Of a stretch of DNA of 42,257 nucleotides, positions 36,703 to 42,257 are shown piece after piece. Below the pieces are notes generated by a model that was not told the DNA's origin, searched no databases, and was given only the letters and a program-made list of their open reading frames with translations. Origin of the DNA: a bacterium (GTDB lineage Bacteria > Patescibacteriota > Minisyncoccia > Portnoybacterales > UBA2143). The DNA lies in assembly GCA_043818835.1 (NCBI GenBank), contig JBDRFK010000008.1:1-42257 (forward strand), in the 5' to 3' direction. The number at the start of each line of letters is the position of its first letter. Positions within the stretch are counted from its first letter, which is position 1. Made by a program: the position numbers and the translations under genes.

Positions 36703-37839
36703 TTATTGACTCATTAATTCATCAAGATTTCTCACTGCATCATAGAGAAGCCCCGTGCAATTTTCCGATGTAGCAACTTTTTCAATAGTTCTTTCAAAAT
36801 CACTATATTTACAAGTCATTTCTTTATTTAAAAGACTAACTGAAACAATATTTTCTGCCTCTAAAAAACTAAAATTTACTACACATAAACCATTTTTTAC
36901 TCCTATAATCTCGTATTCTCTAAAAATACCTATTGCAGGCTCAAAACCAATAACCGTAGTTCCCTTTGATGGTTTACATGATTGAAGATTTTTTTTGAAT
37001 ATATCCAAAAAATCCAAAGTACAATAAGGATCTTTCTCAATATCACAATCTAATACTGTTTTTTCTACAGACTCTCTCTGTACATCTAAAACATCTGGTA
37101 TAAATATAATTTCTTTAGAAATATCCTCTTCTATTGCTATTACGGTAATAGTTTTTGATATAGAATTAAAAGGTTGAAATTTTAAAACAAATTCATTTGA
37201 AATATCTGCTAAGCATTCTTCATCTTGTAATCCAATATCTGAACATTTAAAGACAGACATCGTAAACATATAATTACCAGCTTCTTGAAAAAAATCTTTA
37301 CCATTGATCATAATCCCAGTATTTTCAAAACCTGTTTTGTCCATCCTGAAAGCAGTTAATTGTTGAAGTTTAGAATCACCTGTTTCTATGGTTTTAACAG
37401 ATTTATCATAAGCAATTTTATTTTCAAATCCTTCTCTATACTTACCATACAGGATAATTCCTTTGAATTTATCTCCCTTATATTGCATTCTATACTCTCC
37501 GCCAATAAATTTTTCACCGACCTCATAAGTATCTTTGGATACTATTATATCTAAATCTAATTGAACTTCTTCAGATAGTTCTGTTGGTTTTATTATCTTT
37601 TGACTAACAAAATATATTCCTCCGATAATTATTGCAATTCCAATAATTATTATGATAGATAAAATCCATTTCCGTGAATATAATTTTGGCATTTCAAGAA
37701 CCTCAGGAGTTAATGGCGCCAAAACCTGATTAATATCATATTCTAACCAACCAGCTTTTAGTAATTCTTGTTTGATTTTCTCATCTGACATTCCTTGCTC
37801 TTTTGATTGTTTAATATAGTTTTGTAAATCTTGATTCAT
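36703..37839 (-). CDS. Single-pass membrane protein with small N-terminal helical domain and Cys-containing ectodomain
   Basis: MNQDLQNYIKQ...IKQELLKAGW, one TM helix, several Cys. Confidence 0.85.
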   Translation of the reverse strand: MNQDLQNYIKQSKEQGMSDEKIKQELLKAGWLEYDINQVLAPLTPEVLEMPKLYSRKWILSIIIIIGIAIIIGGIYFVSQKIIKPTELSEEVQLDLDIIVSKDTYEVGEKFIGGEYRMQYKGDKFKGIILYGKYREGFENKIAYDKSVKTIETGDSKLQQLTAFRMDKTGFENTGIMINGKDFFQEAGNYMFTMSVFKCSDIGLQDEECLADISNEFVLKFQPFNSISKTITVIAIEEDISKEIIFIPDVLDVQRESVEKTVLDCDIEKDPYCTLDFLDIFKKNLQSCKPSKGTTVIGFEPAIGIFREYEIIGVKNGLCVVNFSFLEAENIVSVSLLNKEMTCKYSDFERTIEKVATSENCTGLLYDAVRNLDELMSQ

Positions 37840-37891
37840 ATTTTTTTACTTTCTTTATTTTGTATTTTACTATTTTAACTGTTTTAAAAAC

Positions 37892-37985
37892 AACAAATCC
37901 GCTGAAGAACAGCGGATTGCTCCTCCTATAAATTGTATCACAAAATAACTTATCTTAGAAATAAACCTGTGGAGAATATTTATTT
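37892..37985. repeat. 94-bp perfect direct repeat, copy 2 (includes the last codon and stop of pnp)
   Basis: Identical to 36587-36680. Confidence 0.95.
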
Positions 37986-40073
37986 CACCCCTCTGATAGT
38001 TAAACTAATCTTTCCTTGATTATCAACATTTTTAACTTTTACAGTTATGTCTTGCCCAAGTTTAAGGACATCATCTACTTTTTGCACATGCCCATCAGAT
38101 AATTCAGAAATATGAACTAATCCATCTTGTCCCGGCAAAATAGTGACAAAAGCTCCAAAATCCATAATCTTAACAACTTTTCCTTGAAATATTTCACCAA
38201 CCTTAATTTCTCGCACTAAATCCTTTATCCAATCAAGAGCTTTTTGTCCGCCTTCACCATCTATCGCAGTAATACTAACTAACCCATCATCCTCAATATC
38301 AATTTTTGCGCCAGTCTTATCAATAATTTCATTTATAACTTTACCGCCCGGACCAATAACAGTACCAATTTTTTCAGGATTAATACGCAAAGTCAAAATA
38401 CGTGGCGCCAAAGGCGACAACTCTGCTCTTGGATTAGCAATTGTCGCATTCATCGTTTCTAATATTGTTAAGCGCGCTTTTTTAGCGTCATCGAATGTCT
38501 TTTTCAAAATTTCTAAAGTCACTCCATTAACTTTAACATCCATCTGACAAGCAGTAATACCATTCTTGGTACCAGCAACTTTACAATCCATATCACCATG
38601 ATGATCTTCTGGACCCTGAATATCCGTCAAAACCTTATATTCCTTATCTGACTTCATCATTAACCCCATAGCAATACCTGTAACATTTTCTTTAATTGGC
38701 ACGCCAGCATCCATTAAGGCCAAGCTTGATCCACTAACTGATGCCATTGAAGATGAACCATTAGACGATAATATTTCCGAAACAACACGAATTGTATATG
38801 GAAAATCTTCTTTTGATGGAAGAAGCGAAATTAAAGCTCGTTCTGCTAAAGCCCCATGACCAATTTCTCTACGTCCAGGACCTCTCATTGGCCCCGTTTC
38901 TCCAACTGAAAATGGCGGGAAATTATAATGATGGAAAAAGCGTCTTTTTTCATCAGACTCCATGCCATCCAATGTTTGCTCGTCACCAGGAGAACCAAGC
39001 GTAGTTATAGAAAGCGCCTGCGTGGCTCCACGCTGAAACAGCCCAGAACCATGCGTCTGAGCAAGTATACCTACTTCACTAGTGATTTTACGTACTTCGT
39101 CTAAATTCCTCCCATCGGGTCTTCTATCGCTTTCTAGAACGTTTCTGTGAACAATATCGTCTGTTTCTTTATCAAAAAACTCGGGAGCAAATTTTTTAGC
39201 AGCTTCTAACTCGTCAGATTCAAAACTATCTTCAATAAATTGCATCAATTCTTTACGCAATTCATATAAAGCTGTTTCGCGAGCTGGTTTATCATCAACA
39301 TAAATAGCCTTCTCTAATTTATCGCCAATAAAATTCCTAATCTTATCAGTTATATTGGAATTAATCTCATTTAATTCCACAACAGATTTCTCTACACCAA
39401 TTTCTTTTCTTATTTCTTCTTGAAAATCATTTATTTGTTGAATATATTGCTGGCTAAATTCTATCGCGCCCAACAAATCAGCTTCAGACACCTCATTAGT
39501 CCCCGCTTCAATCATATTAATTCTGTTATCTTTGCCAGTTACAACCAAATCAATATCTGCAACGTTTCTTTCTTCATAAGTTGGATTTAAAACAAATTTA
39601 CCATCAACACGACCAATACGAACACCAGATACAGGACCATCCCATGGAACATTAGACGTTAAAATCGCCGCCGAAGCCGCGATCAATGCAGGAATATCAG
39701 GATCATTAACTTTATCAAATGACAAAACAGTTAAAATTATCTGGATGTCATTACGAATTCTATAATCAAATAAAGGCCTTAAACAACGATCAATCAAACG
39801 CCCAGTCAAAATAGCTTCATCAGTTGCCCTACCTTCTCTTTTAATAAAACGACTGCCTTTAATTTTACCAGCCGCATAAAGTTTTTCTTCGTAATTTACA
39901 GTCAAGGGCATATAACCAATATCTTTAGCTTCTCTGCCCATAACGCAAGTAGCCAAAACAGTGGTTCCACCATAAGTAGCCACAATAGAACCGCTTGCTT
40001 GCTGAGCCAATCGCCCAGACTCTATTTTTAATTCTTCCCCCTCTAAATTCAGCTTAAATTGTTTAAGCGACAT
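37980..40073 (-). CDS. pnp: Polyribonucleotide nucleotidyltransferase
   Basis: Two RNase PH domains (RREIGHG, SNGSSSMAS, DHHGDMD), KH (IGPGGK) and S1 (GLVHISE). Confidence 0.98.
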   Translation of the reverse strand: MSLKQFKLNLEGEELKIESGRLAQQASGSIVATYGGTTVLATCVMGREAKDIGYMPLTVNYEEKLYAAGKIKGSRFIKREGRATDEAILTGRLIDRCLRPLFDYRIRNDIQIILTVLSFDKVNDPDIPALIAASAAILTSNVPWDGPVSGVRIGRVDGKFVLNPTYEERNVADIDLVVTGKDNRINMIEAGTNEVSEADLLGAIEFSQQYIQQINDFQEEIRKEIGVEKSVVELNEINSNITDKIRNFIGDKLEKAIYVDDKPARETALYELRKELMQFIEDSFESDELEAAKKFAPEFFDKETDDIVHRNVLESDRRPDGRNLDEVRKITSEVGILAQTHGSGLFQRGATQALSITTLGSPGDEQTLDGMESDEKRRFFHHYNFPPFSVGETGPMRGPGRREIGHGALAERALISLLPSKEDFPYTIRVVSEILSSNGSSSMASVSGSSLALMDAGVPIKENVTGIAMGLMMKSDKEYKVLTDIQGPEDHHGDMDCKVAGTKNGITACQMDVKVNGVTLEILKKTFDDAKKARLTILETMNATIANPRAELSPLAPRILTLRINPEKIGTVIGPGGKVINEIIDKTGAKIDIEDDGLVSITAIDGEGGQKALDWIKDLVREIKVGEIFQGKVVKIMDFGAFVTILPGQDGLVHISELSDGHVQKVDDVLKLGQDITVKVKNVDNQGKISLTIRGVK

Positions 40074-40106
40074 GTATTTCGCTTGATCTTCAAACTTTAG
40101 ACTATT

Positions 40107-40177
40107 TACCCCGCACCATAAATAGTTAGCGAGACCCCTAACACCAAACCAAAATCTTATTTTTATGGTGCCGGGTA
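40107..40177. repeat. Inverted repeat ACCCCGCACCA...TGGTGCCGGGT between the NYN gene and pnp
   Basis: taccccgcaccataaa (40107-40122) / tttatggtgccgggta (40162-40177). Confidence 0.7.
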
Positions 40178-40220
40178 TTCAGTTAGCCTACCTGTCTGAA
40201 GACCAAGTAATTTATTTTTT

Positions 40221-40790
40221 TTATTTTACGCTACGCCTGCTTGTTGTTCTAGTAGTAGATGTTCTCCTGATTGTTTTACCCCCGGCCTTCAATAAATACC
40301 TGTCAACATCTTCGCTCAAATCAATAAAGTCATCAGCAACTTCTCTCAATTTTGCTGAAGCGCTTTTACTAAAAGCAATTACTTCTGTCTGACATCCTTT
40401 ATTTAGTTTCAAATAATCAACAAGTGGCACAAAATCACCATCGCCAGTTACCAGAATAATAGCATCAGTTAAATTAGAAAATTTAATTGCATCAATAGAT
40501 ATACCGACATCCCAATCCCCTTTTTTCATTCCACCAGGGAAAATCTGCAAATCTTTCATTCTAACTTCCAAACCTAATTTACTTAAAGCATCAAAAAAAG
40601 TCTTTTCCTCTTTTGTTTCTGTACTAACAACATAAGCCACAGCCCGAATTAATTTACGTGGACCCACAGCAGTCTTAATAACTTCCTTGAAATTCACCCG
40701 CGCGCCATAAAGGTTTTTAGCGGAGTGATACATATTGGAAACGTCTATCAGAACAGCAACACGCTGTTCTTTATGTTTTATAATAGCCAT
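40221..40790 (-). CDS. NYN domain (LabA/DUF88) PIN-like protein
   Basis: IDVSN, KGDWDV and TGDGDF motifs. Confidence 0.93.
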   Translation of the reverse strand: MAIIKHKEQRVAVLIDVSNMYHSAKNLYGARVNFKEVIKTAVGPRKLIRAVAYVVSTETKEEKTFFDALSKLGLEVRMKDLQIFPGGMKKGDWDVGISIDAIKFSNLTDAIILVTGDGDFVPLVDYLKLNKGCQTEVIAFSKSASAKLREVADDFIDLSEDVDRYLLKAGGKTIRRTSTTRTTSRRSVK

Positions 40791-40869
40791 AATATTAAAA
40801 TGTTAGAATTGTTAAAGATGATAGTTATAAAATGATATTAAAAAACTGCAAAAAAACAATTCTGAATAA

Positions 40870-41139
40870 TTATTTAGCCTTAAGACCCAATTTCTTAATA
40901 ACTTTATTGTACCTCTTGTTATCCTCTTTCTTTAAATAGTCTAAAAGAGTCTTTCGTTTAGAAACCATCTTTAAAAGACCACGACGAGAATGGTTGTCTT
41001 TTGGATGTTTTTTAAGATGCTTAACCAACTGATTAATTTCTTCGGTAAACAAAGCAATCTGCACTTCAGACGAACCAGTATCTTGCTCATGTAATTTGTA
41101 ATCAGTAATTATTTTTGTTTTCTTTTTAGTTTTTAGCAT
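40870..41139 (-). CDS. rpsO: 30S ribosomal protein S15
   Basis: [10 protein letters not shown] and [15 protein letters not shown] motifs. Confidence 0.98.
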   Translation of the reverse strand: MLKTKKKTKIITDYKLHEQDTGSSEVQIALFTEEINQLVKHLKKHPKDNHSRRGLLKMVSKRKTLLDYLKKEDNKRYNKVIKKLGLKAK

Positions 41140-41205
41140 ATTGCTTGCATTGTATCAGAAAAAAATAAATTTGGCAAGGGATTTATTATGTATATCAATT
41201 ATAAT

Positions 41206-41235
41206 TCCTGCGCCATGTTATCCTGCGCCATGTTA
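41206..41235. repeat. 15-bp tandem duplication at the pilin stop codon
   Basis: tcctgcgccatgtta twice. Confidence 0.85.
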
Positions 41236-41715
41236 ATTCCTCTTGTTGATACAAAAATTTCCACCAGTTTCCAAAACAGCACACAAATCATAAGCCTGAC
41301 ATGCTTTAACATATCCCCCATCCCCAGCATTCCATGGCTCATATTTATAATTATATGTTGAATTATTAATTGGATCTTTGGGTAATACACTTACAAAACC
41401 GTCTGTAATTAAATCTCTCAAATCACTATTTGCATCCCAATCACCCGTACCGCCAGCAGCGCCACAACCCCCTAAACCGCCATAACTCGTATCACTGCAC
41501 ATATTTTCAGGTAGAGTATATGCTCCATGTTTATCATAATTTAATTCTAAAGCCACTTCTAATTGCCTTAAATCTTGCTTTCTCTTAGCATCCCTCGCCT
41601 TTTTACGCACACTATTTACACTTACCAAAACAATAGACGCTAAAAGACCGATTATAGCAATAACCACTAAAAGTTCAATTAAAGTAAATCCTTTATTTTT
41701 TATTCTATTGCTCAT
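41233..41715 (-). CDS. Type IV pilin / GspG-like prepilin
   Basis: KG|FTLIELLVVIAIIGLLA class III signal; ARDAKR and LPKDP motifs. Confidence 0.93.
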   Translation of the reverse strand: MSNRIKNKGFTLIELLVVIAIIGLLASIVLVSVNSVRKKARDAKRKQDLRQLEVALELNYDKHGAYTLPENMCSDTSYGGLGGCGAAGGTGDWDANSDLRDLITDGFVSVLPKDPINNSTYNYKYEPWNAGDGGYVKACQAYDLCAVLETGGNFCINKRN

Positions 41716-41789
41716 TGTCTATATAATACCACAAAAAATAATTATGATAGATGTTAATAAATATCAAGAAGATATTTTAGATTTTCTAG

Positions 41790-41862
41790 TGCGCCGTGAG
41801 GGAATCGAACCCCCAACCTTCGGCTTAAGAGGCCTCTGCTCTGCCGATTGAGCTAACGGCGC
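41790..41862 (-). tRNA. tRNA-Lys (CUU)
   Basis: GCGCCGT/ACGGCGC acceptor stem, loop CT-CTT-AA, GGTTCGATTCC. Confidence 0.92.
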
Positions 41863-41867
41863 AAATT

Positions 41868-41915
41868 TGTCATTCCTGACTTCTTCTCTGTCATTCCTGC
41901 GAAGGCGGGAATCTA
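41868..41915. repeat. REP-like GTCATTCC half elements (truncated plus complete)
   Basis: tgtcattcctg at 41868 and tgtcattcctgcgaaggcgggaatcta at 41889. Confidence 0.75.
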
Positions 41916-42050
41916 AAATTATCTCAAATTATACCAAAATCAAAATTATACCAATTCAATTTCAAAGCTCAAATTATTTTTTTTTAGATTTTGGATTTTA
42001 GGTTTGATTTGGTGTAATTTGGTACAATTTGAGATAATTTGGAATAATTT
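41916..42050. repeat. Inverted array of degenerate 10-nt units
   Basis: aaattatctcaaattataccaaa (41916-41938) vs tttggtacaatttgagataattt (42018-42040), 22/23 match; five G.....ATTT units at 42001-42050. Confidence 0.75.
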
Positions 42051-42121
42051 TTAAATTACTTAGTTAGTAATGATGCGGTATTGAAATATTATTTAGAGTT
42101 TTATTAATGTTCTACTCCCTG

Positions 42122-42193
42122 TGCCCTCGGGAGGATTCGAACCTCCAACTGCGGTTCCGAAGACCGACATGATATCCATTTCACTACGAGGGC
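42122..42193 (-). tRNA. tRNA-Arg (UCG)
   Basis: GCCCTCG/CGAGGGC acceptor stem, loop CT-TCG-GA, GGTTCGAATCC. Confidence 0.94.
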
Positions 42194-42257
42194 GTAGTAA
42201 ATACGCCACTTTCACTATACATCGCTTGATAAAAATAATCAATAAAAGTATAATCAA

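Noticed and set aside
1020-40392. Many short ORFs antisense to or nested within long genes
   Set aside because: Shadow frames of well-supported genes, with no motifs or start signals.
36587-42050. CRISPR array from the 94-bp repeat or the 10-nt units
   Set aside because: No regular repeat-spacer pattern and no cas genes.
1-42257. Alternative genetic code (UGA read as Gly)
   Set aside because: Conserved genes are full length under code 11, and ruvA and murE end at TGA.

Overview
AT-rich bacterial chromosome segment with most genes on the minus strand. Gene content and style point to Patescibacteria (CPR, Parcubacteria-like); this is an inference from sequence style, not a database result. 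Supporting signs are short or leaderless core genes, a half-size MFS, MurE with an EDPY motif, pilMNO, comM, FemAB and many palindromic repeats. Core genes: rpsL-rpsG-fusA, rpsT, rpsO-NYN-pnp, ruvA, polX, yidD, murE, FemAB, a LysM-CHAP hydrolase, an L,D-transpeptidase, comM, a DksA/TraR-family gene, pilMNO, a pilin, glycosylation genes and four tRNAs (His-GUG, Arg-UCU, Lys-CUU, Arg-UCG). Self-contained accessory units lie between them, each with its own promoter, strong SD and hairpin terminator: two divergent MutS-ATPase paralogs, a 1390-aa acyl-CoA dehydratase activase fusion, YjbQ and a beta-barrel-like protein. Most notable observations: (1) an atypical MutS-like pair sharing an H-to-Q switch substitution and a leader motif; (2) GTCA-tagged palindromic repeats inserted in frame into two proteins; (3) a promoter-driven three-hairpin candidate ncRNA at 21228-21523; (4) a perfect 94-bp direct repeat bracketing one gene behind pnp; (5) the 11-mer AAGGAGGATTG ahead of four accessory genes.
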